Assembly: GCA_964016885.1 (NCBI GenBank)
Contig: CAXHJY010000593.1
Location: 62,001-126,000 of the forward strand
From: Eledone cirrhosa
Taxonomy: Eukaryota
Reading direction: 5' to 3'
DNA length: 64,000 nt
Part shown: positions 1 through 12,831 of the stretch, piece after piece
How the letters are laid out: every line of letters starts with the position of its first letter
Numbering within the stretch: position 1 is the first letter of the stretch
The notes under the pieces: model-generated
The model's database searches: none
What the model was told of the DNA's origin: nothing
Seen by the model: the letters and a program-made list of their open reading frames with translations, nothing else
Translations under genes and position numbers: made by a program

Positions 1-423
1 GATTCTGAAGCCCTCCTCATTTCTATTTCCAACCCCATAGCCTCCATGGATTCCATCATAGCCATCACTATGTTGTCCAACGGGACCGTTTAGATCGCCA
101 GCAATAATTAAGTAGTTGCTGTCGGTTATTTGGGAGGTAGTCTGCATTAGCATCTCATAGAACCTGTCCTTTATAACGTCAGGTAGACCAGATTGGGGTG
201 CATAAGCAGATATTATTGTCACAGTAGTTCTATTTAGAACTAGTCTTAATTTAATTATTCTGTCATTCACTCTATTTACGTCAATTACCTTATCTACCCA
301 TTTTTCAGCTAACATAATTCCTACACCACCCTGTCCGTTGTCATTTCCCACCCAGAAAAGTTTATAGCATCGTTTTTTACCCACGATGAATCTGGCAGAC
401 CCTCCTCTCCACCTAGTCTCTTG
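1..423 (-). pseudogene. RTE LINE fragment, AP-endonuclease domain (runs off window start)
   Basis: Manual minus-strand translation QETRWRGGSARFIVGKKRCYKLFWVGNDNGQGGVGIMLAEKW...ISAYAPQSG...IIAGDLNGPVG...HGGYGVGNRNEEG is colinear with the EN domain of the 46916 ORF. Confidence 0.9.
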
Positions 424-777
424 ATTTATTAATCAGAAATTGAAGAAATGGTACAGAGAATTTAGAGATAGCCAGAATTCAAATCTAGCTGTGAAAAATT
501 ATACTTCGTTTTCTTGTATAAAAGAAAGATCCCTGTAACATATTGGTAGTTGATCTAATTATATTGTTCTTAATATTTGGATCATGGGAACATCAGCTAT
601 TTTAGTGAAGTGCTACTGGGATTGATTTAATCAATGTCACTGTCTCCTGAAAAGTATGACTTTGTGTCAAAGTTAGATATTATTATAATTACTATTACTT
701 TGTCACACAGTGTAAATGGAAAATGCAGTGAAGTATTTAGTCATCTGTAAAATCACAACAAGGACCTCAGACAGATA

Positions 778-990
778 ATCATTCACTCACTCACTAACGA
801 GTCGAGTTTCCTTGATCCAATGAACAGTACACTTTCCATTTGTCGCGATCTAACATTATCACTCCAAGATCCATTAAATTTCCTCCCACATCAGCACATA
901 GCATATCCAGATATATTGTTGCAGGACGAGCTCTACTTCTACGCCCGTGCGCAGGCTTTCATAAACGGCTGACGCACTCGTTTTTTGCCC
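778..990 (-). mobile_element. 5'-truncated RTE-clade LINE 3' end with (GTGA)n tail (separate family)
   Basis: Minus translation KPAHGRRSRARPATIYLDMLCADVGGNLMDLGVIMLDRDKW...STR* fits the RTE C-terminal GRP..DR..W pattern; followed by gtgagtgagtgaatga. Confidence 0.7.
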
Positions 991-1447
991 TGTAATAATA
1001 ATAATAATAATAATATCTAACTAATTCAACTAATTCAATAAATCAAGAGAAGATTCTTTAAATTTATGGGTTCCCTCACAAAATTGTTCAAGTCATTGGT
1101 GTTATGTATCAGAATACCATTTCAAAAGTCATGTCTGATGATGGTGAGGTTGATTAGCAGAATTAGTAGATCATCTGACATAACATTTAGTAATATTTCA
1201 TTTCATCTCTCTACATTCTGAGTTCAAATTCTGCCAGAGTTCCTTTACTTTTCATCCTTTCTGGGCCAATAAAATATTTACCAGTCAAGTACTTGTCTAC
1301 TGGATTTAGTTGACTTGTCTCTACCTCTTGTGTTCTTGTCTATTGTTACTTAAAGATGCACATATACATACAACTACATGTAATTAGCCAATTAAAGGAT
1401 CTCTATGTGTGGTTACATGATCTCCTACAGTATATATATATAAGTAT

Positions 1448-1740
1448 TGCATGGATTAGTGATTAGGGTAATCAGCTCACGATTGTAAGGTCATGAGTTT
1501 GATTCCCAGCATCACGTTTAATTCTCATTCATTCCACTTAGCTGGCAAAAGATGAGTTGTACTTTGTAATTCAAAGGTTCAGCCTTGTCACATTCTTTGT
1601 CATGCTGAATCTTCTTGAGAACTACATTAAGGTTAGGTTTGTCTGTGGAATGCTTAGCCACCTGTTCATTAATTTCATGAGCAGTCTGTTTCGTCAATCG
1701 TATCGACTGGAATACTAGTCATCATAACAGTCAGTACCAC
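1448..1740 (+). mobile_element. degenerate tRNA-headed SINE (related copy at ~9420-9660)
   Basis: A-box-like tggattagtga and B-box-like gagtttgattcc; body (cacttagctggcaaaa...tacattaagg...gtctgtggaat...aatttcatga) recurs at 9470-9660. Confidence 0.55.
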
Positions 1741-2004
1741 TTTAGTTATGTATGTATATATATATGTATGTATATAAAGTACCAGTAGAATACTGGAGTC
1801 AATTCTTCCACTCTCTCTCTTCTTCTCTGGAAGAAACCTGCTGTATTCAGGCCTGGAGAAGAGATAGCCCCACCAGGTTTAAAATGCACCTGGAATGCTG
1901 TATGTCAATGCAACACCCCCTTATGACCACTTTAGGTGTTACGGTACCATACATACATATAAAGAACAAATTTCTTCTTCGCTTTACCTGTGTGTGTGTG
2001 TGTT

Positions 2005-2225
2005 TGCTATGCATATGAAGGATGACTGTTGGCTGAAGAAGTAATCCAAGTGGAAGGAGCCTGTGAGGAAAGATCGAGGAAGAAATGGGAAGAAGTGGTG
2101 AGAACCAATTTTAAGGGGCTAGACCTCACAAAGGTGATAAATAGCACTAGAGGTTGGTTGCAAGCTGCTCTGTTAGAGACCCAATTTATGGAAGAATAGA
2201 AAAACAAATGTAACATGATGATATG
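2005..2225 (+). mobile_element. decayed RTE 3' end
   Basis: gactgttggctgaagaag...gtggaaggagcctgt...aagaaatgggaagaagtggtgagaacc resembles the VKKC..VEG..GRPRKTW.EVVRT end of the RTE; catgatgat tail. Confidence 0.55.
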
Positions 2226-2403
2226 TGTGGCTGTGTTTACACATGTGTGAATGTTTGTTTATATGTACTCACTGACACAACCATTTTAGACCACTATAAA
2301 TGAAGACTAAGGAATTTGGATACAATATTTTTTTCTTTTCAGCTTTTGGCTTCAAATTGATAAAATAATACACCCCTACCAATCTACACATATGCATGGA
2401 TAT

Positions 2404-2605
2404 TGTATATATATATATAATTTTATATATGTATGTATATATATATATATATTTGAATATATATATATATATATATTTGAATATATATATATATATTTGA
2501 ATATATATATATATATATATTTGAATATGTATATATATATATATATACATACACATACATGTATATATATATATATATGTGTGTGTGTACACACACAGAC
2601 ACACT
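2404..2605. repeat. compound (TA)n/(TG)n/(CA)n microsatellite with periodic TTTGAA interruptions
   Basis: Seen directly; accounts for the YI-repeat ORFs at 2269-2816. Confidence 0.9.
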
Positions 2606-2938
2606 CACTGTGCATGCATATGTATTTGGAGATAATGTCAGAACTAATGGAGGCAATATTGATTCCAATATCAGTAGGCTCACGGAACAAAGAAGTAGTG
2701 GAATAGCTAGCACACCTCAAAGCAGCATGTCTATACAAGCTCTCTGATAAAAATAGAAGATTAATATGATATGGATAAAAAATATAGAATAGAAGGCAAT
2801 AAGTTCCTGACCTCATCTTACCGTCATCTACATCACGTGGTTAAATACATAGGACTAAGCTTATAAGACTAAGACTCTACACCATCTAAAACTTGGTTTG
2901 TTTTATGTTGTGTCACTTTGTCTTGTAACTTAGCAGTT

Positions 2939-3285
2939 CATCATCATCATCATCATCATCATTTTACGTCCGCTTTTCCCTGCTTGCAAGGGTGGGACGG
3001 GAACTGATTCTGGCTTGATTTCTACAGCTGGATGCCCTTTCTAACACCAACCTCATTTACAGTGAGTGCTGGGTGCTTTTTTGCCGTGGCACCTCCACGA
3101 CCACTTTGCAGTGGAATGATAGGGACCCCAGTCCCTATCATCTCATTTCTACAGCTGAGTAAACTGGAGCAATGTGAAATAAAGTGTCTTGCTCAAGGAA
3201 ACAACACATCACCCAGTCTGAGAATTGAACTCACAACCATTCGATTGCAAGGCCAATGCTCTAACCACTAAGCCATGTGCCTCCA
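2939..3285 (-). mobile_element. tRNA-derived CORE-type SINE with RTE-derived body and 3' tail (family S1)
   Basis: Reverse complement of 31062-31407: A/B boxes, ccttgagcaagacactt...cagtttactcagctgtagaaatg core, last 40 nt identical to 49947-49986, (CAT)n on plus strand. Confidence 0.9.
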
Positions 3286-3400
3286 CACACAGATATTGAC
3301 AAAACAACTGCATGACTGAAATAAGTACTGGGTGATTGACTAAATCCTTAATAGTGGTGCCTTGGTATAGCACTGCAGTCCAGTGATTGATACCAAGAAA

Positions 3401-3434
<34 letters not shown>

Positions 3435-3489
3435 TGTTAAATGATGATGAAGATATATACACACACGCACAGATACATATACATATATA

Positions 3490-3660
3490 TTGTTATACTT
3501 AGGGAGTATCATGCTGTGAATAAATACACTCGCACCTGTTGGTTTTCACTTCAATTTATTACAAATTCCTGGATGTTTATATATTGTCAAAGTTCTTCGT
3601 CACACATTCTGTGATTTCCTCAGTGACCGATTTGCTATTTTGTGTCTCTCATTTGTGGTA
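3490..3660 (-). mobile_element. Penelope-like terminal (pLTR) relic, same family as the 44625 palindrome arm, with decayed hammerhead
   Basis: ttgttatacttagggagtatcatg...cacttcaattt...ttcgtcacacattctgtgatttcctcagtgac matches 44628-44828; minus strand reads gtcaCTGAGGAaatcacagaatgtgtgacGAAgaactttgac. Confidence 0.7.
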
Positions 3661-3920
3661 TGAATCATTTTATAGATTTAGTTGACTAGTATTGTACAGT
3701 AAGTCCTCAACAGAATATAAGTATATAGGGATTTAAACAAAGGCAGACTATATTTTTATACTTTACTACGTAATGTACATTTCTGAACTTTCTATATTTT
3801 AATTAGGTTTGCATAGTTACATAATCCTAGATTTATGGAAGGCACTTCATCAGATGTAAGTTAGATAAACTGTATCATAACATCTCTTTTGGGAGACCAC
3901 ATTATTTTGCATATGATATA

Positions 3921-4234
3921 TCATCATCATCATCATTTTACGTCCACTTTTCGCTGCTTGCAAGGGTGGGACGGGAACTGATTCTGGCTTGATTTCTACA
4001 GCTGGATGCCCTTCTTAACGCCAACCTCATTTACAGTGAGTGCTGGGTGCTTTTTTTCCGTGGCGCCTACACGTCCACTTTGCAGTGGAATGATAGGGAC
4101 TCCAGTCCTTATCATCTCATTTCTACAGCTGAGTAAACTGGAGCAATGTGAAATAAAGTGTCTTGCTCAAGGAAACAACACATCACATGGTCTGAGAATT
4201 GAACTCACAACCTTTCGATTGCAAGGTCAATACT

Positions 4235-4240
<6 letters not shown>
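3921..4240 (-). mobile_element. SINE family S1 copy, 5' end lost at a (TA)n tract
   Basis: Near-identical to 2939-3285. Confidence 0.9.
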
Positions 4241-4277
<37 letters not shown>

Positions 4278-4359
4278 GTATGTATAGAGTCTGCGGTGCT
4301 GAGACTGAGAAGGCCACTAATCATGTGAGTACTCGATACATGGGGAGATGTAGAGTGGG

Positions 4360-4519
4360 TATAGAGATATGTAAAATCCTGACCACGGTGCCAAGCAGTT
4401 TCAGCTTGTGTGTTCAGGCAAGTGTTTTCAAGGGTATAGACAACACCCTTGAAAAGGCTTGCTGAACACACAAGCCGAAACTGCTTGGTGCCACAGCTGG
4501 GATTTTACATATCTCTATA
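4360..4519. repeat. fold-back inverted repeat (~75-bp arms) with hammerhead-like variant, Penelope-like
   Basis: tatagagatatgtaaaatcc...ttcaagggt / acccttgaa...ggattttacatatctctata; right arm reads cacc-CTTGAAAA-ggcttg(loop)caagcc-GAAA-ctgctt-ggtg. Confidence 0.7.
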
Positions 4520-5164
4520 TATCTAATATATCTCTCTCTATATAATATATAAGCATGGAACAACAGATGTATGCTGATGATGAAGATGATGATATATATA
4601 TGAGAAGATAAGGGAGTTTTCACTTTATGTTGTAAAAATCGTATTTGCAGAATGATTATGTAAACATTAGTGAAAGAATAGCTTCCCAAATTTTTTTCTT
4701 AATGTGTTAGATTATTTAATCAAATAAATCTCTCTTCAAATTTCTCCTCACTCCTTGTCTGTTTTTCCGAATATAATAAATTATATTATATATATGATAT
4801 AAGCAAGTATAGCACCAAGAAAAATATAGACTTCGGTGAGAAAGGAGAATAAGAACTTAATGGCTTTAACATATATTGTTCAATCATATGCAATACTTAA
4901 TTATTTATCACACGTCTTCAGAAAGTTTAAAATTGTTTGTGGTAGTGTCTTTCCAGCATGTTGTAGAATTCAGGAATGAGATGTTCAAAATAAAAATGAT
5001 ATTTACGTTTAAGAAAATAAAATAGAACAAGAATAAATAAAATGACAATAAAATAAAATAAAATAAAATAGGTTAGAATGATAAGTAGAAAAAGTAAAGA
5101 GTTTCACATTATCATTCTGTACACTGTGATGTGGAACAATTTTTCCTTTGGCCATTGGTATGGG

Positions 5165-5410
5165 TGAAAGTTTCACCCATATAGTCAACCTCTCTAATGG
5201 CAGTGCTATGAAAATACATCTGGTACACCCTGTAAGGAGGTTGGCAATAGGAAGGGCATCCTGCTATAGGAACCATGAGGACCTCTCAGTTGTATCAATG
5301 GCACAACAACCTCTCTAGTGTTATTGATCTACACAATAAATGAACCAGGTACATTTTGTATAGTGGTTGCTAGCAGTTAAAGTGGACGTTAAATGATGAT
5401 GATGATGATA
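5165..5410 (+). mobile_element. degenerate non-autonomous RTE-derived element
   Basis: ctgtaaggaggttggcaataggaagggcatcc module plus ggacgttaaatgatgatgat tail. Confidence 0.6.
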
Positions 5411-6829
5411 TATCAGGATTAAACCAGTATTAAACTAGTTAGACCATTATTCAACAGAGTACTCTATACTTGGTATAGTGGAGAGTGACTATATTAGAAA
5501 GAGTCGGGGTCCGACGGCTGAACTCTTACTGTTTCAACAGATAGTCTGGAACCTGTTTTATTTATGGTAATAATATTTTGTCTTGTGGACTGCTGAGCAT
5601 AATAATACTTTACAGTATTTTATCTTGCCTCTGTACAATCTGAGTTCAAATCTTGGTGACATAGACTTAGATTATCATTCTCCCAGGGTTGATAAAATAA
5701 TACCAATCAAATGCTTAGGTTAAATATAATTAGCTATTCCCTCCTCCCAAAAAGCTATGGTCTTTTGTCTATGTTAAAAGTTATTGTTATCTACATCCCA
5801 TAAACTGGGATATTAATAAAACATATATATAGTAGGTATAGTTACATGATGTAATAAGAATTGGTTTAGAAGTATTTGAAAAAAAAAATCTACTGTGATA
5901 TATTGTAATGTAACAAATCTTAAAGTAATAACATTAAAATATTAATATTAATTGATTATATATAAATATTAAATATATTCTCATTATGATTCTTTGATAA
6001 AATAGATGCTTTTTTTATTTAAACTAACAGAAAGTACTTTCAATTTGAGTAACATTGTTTCTAGAGCACAGACAAAAAGCTAGTTTGAGGAAATTACAGT
6101 AATCTGTAGGAAAAAAAACCTTTAATAAAAAATTTATAAAATATAATAGGTTTGTGTCTTGTGGAGATGTTAGTCTTGTCATTGTAGACATGGTTGTTCT
6201 TAAATAAATATAAAATTGTTTCTAAGATGGTTTTGGTCTCTATTAAACATTGCAATTTTCTTGGACAGAATATCCAAGATGTTAAATGTGCTAAAATTTT
6301 ATTTGATAGACTGATTAATCAAAATGCCATAATTAGATTAATCAATAAAAGAGTATGAAAAGTATATGTTATGAATGTAAAATACTTTGGCTAAAGGCAG
6401 CAATAACAGAGGATGTATTGATAGTTCCATATTTTAATTAAAATACAGGATTTTGGAAATGGAGAGATTTTTCTTTCCCAATTACAATTAGCATTATGTA
6501 TATTGAGTAGAATATATATTCTAATTTGTGATATATTAGGTGAAGACATAGAATTGTGTCTGGGGGAATTTTTGTTAACATGGTGTCTTTTAGAACATAT
6601 TTTTTGTATTGTTTGCACTTAGCCTGTATGGGAGCCATTTAGATTATGTGGTGTAAGATTGTTTCAGCTATTATGGGGTGTGAAAAATAGTAGTTTGTGT
6701 AATGCAGAAACATGTGAGGAAAATGGATCTCAGTGAACAGAAATTACATAGGCTATGATGATTTTCAATAAGTTTTGTTTTGATCAGGTGGATGGATTTC
6801 TGTATAATGTTGTGATCCCCATCACACTC

Positions 6830-7300
6830 TCACATGTCTGCCTTGGAACAAGACATCCTCTCTCCTCCTCTCCGTAGGACAGGGAGGGTTCTTTAGTTCA
6901 GTCAAATGACTGACAATATCCCCAGTGCTGGTCCCACAATAAAATGCACCAAATACACTCTGTAAAGTGGTTGGTGTTATGAAGGCATCCAGTGGTAGAG
7001 GCACCATGCCGAAAAGAGCTGAGCGGACTCTTCAATCATGACATGAACATGATAAACTTTCTAGCCTTGGTGCTATGAAAAATGCACAAGTTTACTCTGA
7101 AAAGTTGTTGGTAATAGGAAGGGTATTCTAGCTGTAGAAACCATGCAAAAACCAGAATGTATGTAAGCATAAAGTGAGACCCCCCCTCCCCCACATATCT
7201 GAGAGGACAGAAACCTTGATTAAATACTGACATGGTCTGTGGTGACCAATCTAACCCATGCCAGCATGAAAAAACATTAAAAGATGATAAAGATGTTGAT
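6830..7300 (+). mobile_element. degenerate non-autonomous RTE-derived element with duplicated 'aggaagggcatcc' module
   Basis: Module at ~6925-7005 and ~7067-7150; ctaacccatgccagcatg...gatgat tail; aagacatcctctc shared with the RTE 5'UTR at ~46780. Confidence 0.6.
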
Positions 7301-7584
7301 ATTTACTAGGACTATGTAGGTTGAAGTCATGGGTATATAATATTTGGCTTGTGTTATGTTGTTTTTATTCTGATGTTCAGAATATTTTCAAACTATGTTA
7401 AACATGAAATAATTGGATTTTCTAAACATGAATTATCATGCAATCAATACTTAATATTTGAAATGTTACTGAAGTAGTGTATAGTTTCAGATAGAAGGCA
7501 ACATTTACTTTTTTAATGAAAAATAACTCATTTCAGGTACTTTTAGATACTTGAATATGAAGTGGTTTATGATGAATATTTTTT

Positions 7585-7823
7585 TTAACTCTTTAATTAC
7601 CAACCTGGCCAAAACTGGCTCTGGTTCTATGAAATATAACCACCCATTTTAAAGGTTTCCAATTTAGATTAAAATCTTCCAACATAATTTTATATAAAAA
7701 CCCTACTTTAAGTTACCCATCTTACTAATGAAATAATTAATAATTTTAGTAAATCCCTCAAAATTCTTCATTAATTAATTAAAATAGTGTATTTCATTAT
7801 AAATACAGTTATGAAAGGGTTAA
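7585..7823 (+). mobile_element. TTAA-bounded piggyBac-like MITE (family M1)
   Basis: TTAActcttt...aaagggTTAA; ~240-bp body repeated at 20971, 26177, 34358, 38084, 43148 and 43826. Confidence 0.8.
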
Positions 7824-7824
7824 T

Positions 7825-8410
7825 TGTCCCTCAGTACATTCTGTAAAGTGATAGTGGCAAGAATAAAGTGCACCCAATACAACTTCTATGGTGGTTGGCA
7901 TTAGGAAGGGAATCCAGCCAAGGAAACCATGTCAAATATTGAATGTATAAGTAAGATGAGGTTGTTCCAACCCATCTGACCGTGCCAACCCATCCAACCC
8001 ATACCAGTTTCGAAAGGAGACATAAAAATGATGATGCTGTCAGTCACCTAGGTGTGGTATATTGATATTGTTTTATTTTAAGAAGAATTTGCAGTGCCTT
8101 CATGGACATGACAGCCTTCTTAGTGTTTGTGATTGGGATCTACCCAATAAACACATCCAGTACACACTGTAAAGCGGTTGGTGATACAAAGGGTATCCAG
8201 CCATAGAAATCTTGCCAAACAAAGGGGCCAGGTAGACCCTCAGTTGTGTCAAAGACATGACAACCCCTCCTGTGCACTCAGTGGAGCGTCAACCGTACAT
8301 AAAGCTAGACATAGATCCCTGGCCTGCCTGGGAGATCAGTGACTCTGCTTCAGTACTGACTTGGTCCATGTAGCAGGAAAAGTCAATGTTAAAACGATGA
8401 TGATGATGAA
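7825..8410 (+). mobile_element. two tandem degenerate RTE-derived non-autonomous elements
   Basis: ggttggcattaggaaggg modules at ~7890 and ~8175; (GAT)n tails at ~8030 and ~8400; the second tail type recurs at 14665-14870 and 56780-56920. Confidence 0.55.
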
Positions 8411-8809
8411 TATAAATCATTCCAACTAACATAAATTTCAGATTTTCTTTCGTACTTTTCTTTTCATTCTATGTTTAGTAAATCTGTACCTAAAACCCAG
8501 ACATATCTTCTGAATACTTCAAACTAATGTATGAAAATATCAAAATATAATTATCATATTACAACATAGTAATATTGCATTAAGACATGAAATTAATCCA
8601 AATGTGTGCATAAATGAAAATTTGATATAACTTTTAGTGGATAGACTAATTACTCAATTTCAAGTAAGTTAAAACCAATCTCATTAGCTGACCACTTCTC
8701 CCAAGTGACCAAACAATTTTTCTCTTGGATCACAAATGGATTAATAGTAAAATTGATTGCATCAAATATGGTAATGGAATGACATATTCTCTCATTCATT
8801 GTCTCTAAT

Positions 8810-9075
8810 TATCATCATCATCGTCCTTTTTATATCTGCTACTCCATGCCTGCTTGGGTTAGACAGGCTTTTCCAACACAGCTTCCTTCCACCTACTACA
8901 TTCCTTCATCATATCACCTGGTAGGTTCACTGTTTTCAAATCTACTCTGCCCAGGTTTTCCTTGGTCATCCCCTACTGCAGCTTCCTTCCACTGAGAACT
9001 GCTGGCACTTCTTCACCCAACAATCATTTTCCATACACATCACATGTCCATACCAACATAGTCTTCTCTCTGTTT
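8810..9075 (-). mobile_element. decayed RTE 3' end
   Basis: Minus strand reads ...ggtatggacatgtgatg (WYGHVM)...gtgaagaagtgccag...gaccaaggaaaacctgggc; catcatcatc tail on plus strand. Confidence 0.7.
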
Positions 9076-9103
9076 TTCTCACAGTCTATATTATTGAATT
9101 AAG

Positions 9104-9330
9104 TACTCTCAGGTCCCAAATAATGGGGGTGGGGCATCGCTAATTTTTCTAGGTGGTCTCCGTTGATTTTTTTTTAAAAACCAGAATTAGTCGTTTAGTT
9201 TACATACTAAAACCTCAACCCATCCTATTTATTTTATAACATGGGATTTCTAGTAATGTACTTTTGTTGTCATGTATAATGTTTTTTAATGTTTAAAGAA
9301 AATTAATTATCTGTTATATGAAGACTCTCC
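9104..9330 (+). mobile_element. Tc1/mariner-type MITE fragment (family M2)
   Basis: TA + ctctcaggtcccaaataa terminus; body matches 20013-20373. Confidence 0.65.
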
Positions 9331-11436
9331 AAATAATGATCTAAGGTTGTATGTTCATGTGTTGTACACTACAGAGGTGTTAGAGTGTTTGGTTTATGTT
9401 TGTAAAGTTTTTAGTTTGATTCGCGGGAGCACAATGTTCTTACGCAAAACACTTCATTCCACATTGCTTCAGCCCACTCAGCTGGCAAAAATAAGTGATG
9501 CCTCCAATTCAAAATATCGGGCCCATCACATTCTGTGGTATACATGCTGAACCTCCTTGAGAATTGCATTAAGGGTACATGTGTCTGTGGAATCTCAATT
9601 GATTGCTTATAAATTTCATGAACAGGCTGTTCCATTGTTTAAACAACTGGAACCCTCACCAGCAAAGTAACAGATTAAAGTTCAGATGAAAAGCCTTGAA
9701 GAATCTACATTTGTTGCAGAACATTTCAGAAGCTGAGTTAAGTTCCATTTCAGTCTAGATTCACTGAGGTGGCTATCTTTATCAAAGCTTTTTAACCTGT
9801 GTGTTGCAAAATTATACAAGTAAATCATAAAATTGTTTCAGGTCAGCATACTTTATTTCACGTTTGAGAATTGTAAAAATTAATTATTGTTTACCTATTT
9901 TAACCATGCATGTTTATTTAATTACTATGCAATGTTTACTTTATAAAGTATATAGTGTGTTGCCTTCTTAAAAACTTTAGATAGCCTTTAATCTGTATAC
10001 AATCAAACCTCAGTCATCGGAACATCAATTATCTGGATTTGGGATTTTCTGAACAATATCTGCAAGTCCCATGAATCTTTAATTGAGCATTGTGTGCAAC
10101 TCAAACTTGAGAATAATAATGGTGCTACTATTTGTATTTTGTTTATACTGATTAATATTGAATTTTAATTACTAAAGAACTTGTAACAAAAAAAATGTTA
10201 TATCAAAAAGATGTTAGCAACAATAGTGTGATGATCTAATTTTTTGTTGACAGTTATCAAACTACCATGTTTTGATAGGTCTGTTAGTTTGTTCTCAGTT
10301 GATCATCACATCAAGCAATGTTAAAATAATTTGAACCCATAGAATGATGATGAGAAATGAATGACTAATATGCTAACAGATTTAAAAGCATGGCAAAATC
10401 AGTGGTATTATCATTCATCATATGACTTAGTTCTGAGTATGTATCTGTTACAAATAATCAAATTTGTTGTTTGTATGTCTGTAAAGACATAATGAACACT
10501 ATTGACAATCAAACAATAAATATTTTACTGGCTGAATTGTAGTGAAAAAGCATAGAAAATTGCAGAAGAGTGGAAATAAACAAGAATCTCTGTAAACATG
10601 CATTTTTTAAATGTAATTATATTCAATATGGCTTCTTTCATTTAACTTTTAATGCCATGCACTGCATGAAACCACATTAGCAAGATGTTCTTGAAAGTAC
10701 AAAACATTATTCTCACTGCATCACATTAAAAACATCTTTACTTAAGCTTACTGCAAATTTTCATAATTATCTGTCAATTAGTAAAGATAGTCAAAACATT
10801 TGAATTAACAAAACCATTATTAGATATTTACTGCTAAATCATTAATGTTATGGGTTAAGATTAATTTAGTTATCAAAACATATTTTCCAAGCAAAATACT
10901 TCATACCCATCTTGTTCTGATAATTAAAGTCTAATTTTACCTGTTCAACTGTCTTGATTTCAACAGACATGGATGGACTATCTTTCAAGATAGCAAACTC
11001 CAAAACAAAAGAGATTGCAAACACAAGACTCAATTGCAGGCTTAAATCATATTCTCAAGATATTACAAATATCTTTTGTTGTGTTGATTCTTCTGCAAGT
11101 TTTAAAGCACTAGCAGAGAAAATGGATATTAGATGATGATAATAATGATGATGTAGCTAATGAAATACCATTGAATTCTGCTGGCTTCATCTGTGTGCTT
11201 CTGGTTATTTATTTGCATTTTATTTGCATTATCTGAGCATTAATGTTGTATAAAATATCATACTCATCAAAACTCTAATTTAGATTTGGAAAAAAACGAA
11301 ATCAGTGGGTGGGACTTGCGTTCTTTCTCACACACATACACACACATACATACATACATGTATGTATGTAGAGTCTGAGGTGCTGAGACTGGGAGACCCA
11401 TAATCAAGCCGAAACCACTTGGTGCCCCGATCAGGA

Positions 11437-11663
<227 letters not shown>

Positions 11664-11664
11664 G

Positions 11665-11757
11665 GAGAAAGTATGATCCCGACGGCAGAGCTCAAGCCAT
11701 TTCGATGGCTATTTCGTCGAAACGGCTTGAGCTCTGCCGTCGGGGTCATACTTTCTC
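11665..11757. repeat. near-perfect GC-rich hairpin (~44-bp arms) between (TA)n tracts
   Basis: gagaaagtatgatcccgacggcagagctcaagccatttcga / tcgaaacggcttgagctctgccgtcggggtcatactttctc. Confidence 0.9.
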
Positions 11758-11838
11758 TTATTACCCACTCTACCTACCCCAAGTATTGAGTACTCTGGTG
11801 CGTTATGGTCCATCTGGTTCCTTACCACAACTCCTCCG

Positions 11839-11878
<40 letters not shown>

Positions 11879-12604
11879 TACAATACACACATAAATTATA
11901 TATATATATGCACACATACACATAAACATAAACTACAGTATTCTCAAGATGTTGTTTTTGTTCCTCACATTAGTTTTTGCTATATAGGTTATAGACAAGC
12001 CACACACACAGAAACAGTGATTTGTTGTGAATAGTGTCTAACCACTGACCTGGGTGCCTGTCACTCCACCAACAAAGACAGCAAGCAATTGCATAATATA
12101 AGATGAGGTTGGGGTAGTGTGGCTGTATTTAGGGGAAAATAAAAGAAAAAAAGATATTTCACTTGTCTTTCCATTACACCTCCTCCTCCTCCTACTACTA
12201 CTACTGCTGCCCATCTCCTATCTTCACTTTACCCTCCCTGTTTTCACCCTGTTCCTTTGTTAACCAACCGCTACCCACTCTTGTTACTTAGGGAGGTGAT
12301 GGGGTTTTGGTGATGGCCTTTGTTTTTATTTTTACCCCTTCAATTATTCTATTCCTTTTTATATGTATGTGTATGTGTGTGTGTGTGGGGGGGGGGGGGG
12401 TTCTTGTTTCTTTCTTGCAGTTTCCTGCCATTCATCCCCCCCTCCTCACACACCACACTTCACTTTTTCAACTATCCTCATATCCACAACCACCTCCTTC
12501 TTCTTCACCTCCAGGTCTTATGTACCACTGTGTATTCTGTATGGAGTGGTGATGATTGTAGTGGGGACTACTGTTTGTTAGGAGATTTCAATCAGATAGA
12601 AAGA

Positions 12605-12800
12605 AGCCTCTGCTCTTTCTTTCTCTCTCTCTCTCTCTTCCTTTCTTGCTCTCTTTCTCTTCCTTTCTTGCTCTCTTTCTCTTCCTTTCTTGCTCTCTTT
12701 CTCTTCTTTTCTTGCTCTCTTTCTCTTCCTTTCTCTCTCTCTTTCTGTCTCTCTCTCTCTTCCTGTCTCTCTCTCTCTCTCTCTCCCTCTCTCTCTCCCA

Positions 12801-12831
<31 letters not shown>

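Noticed and set aside
3032-3271. Repeated MPFLTPTSFTVSAG ORF (also at 4006, 29472, 31076)
   Set aside because: Antisense of the SINE/RTE UTR module; recurrence reflects repeat copies, not a gene family.
3800-3860. CTGATGA on the minus strand (also at ~36810)
   Set aside because: No correctly placed GAAA or stems, so not callable as hammerheads.
9995-11210. Possible decayed pogo/Tigger transposon or exon
   Set aside because: Only a weak TIR resemblance at ~10000 and no recoverable transposase motif; weak splice donor at 10940.
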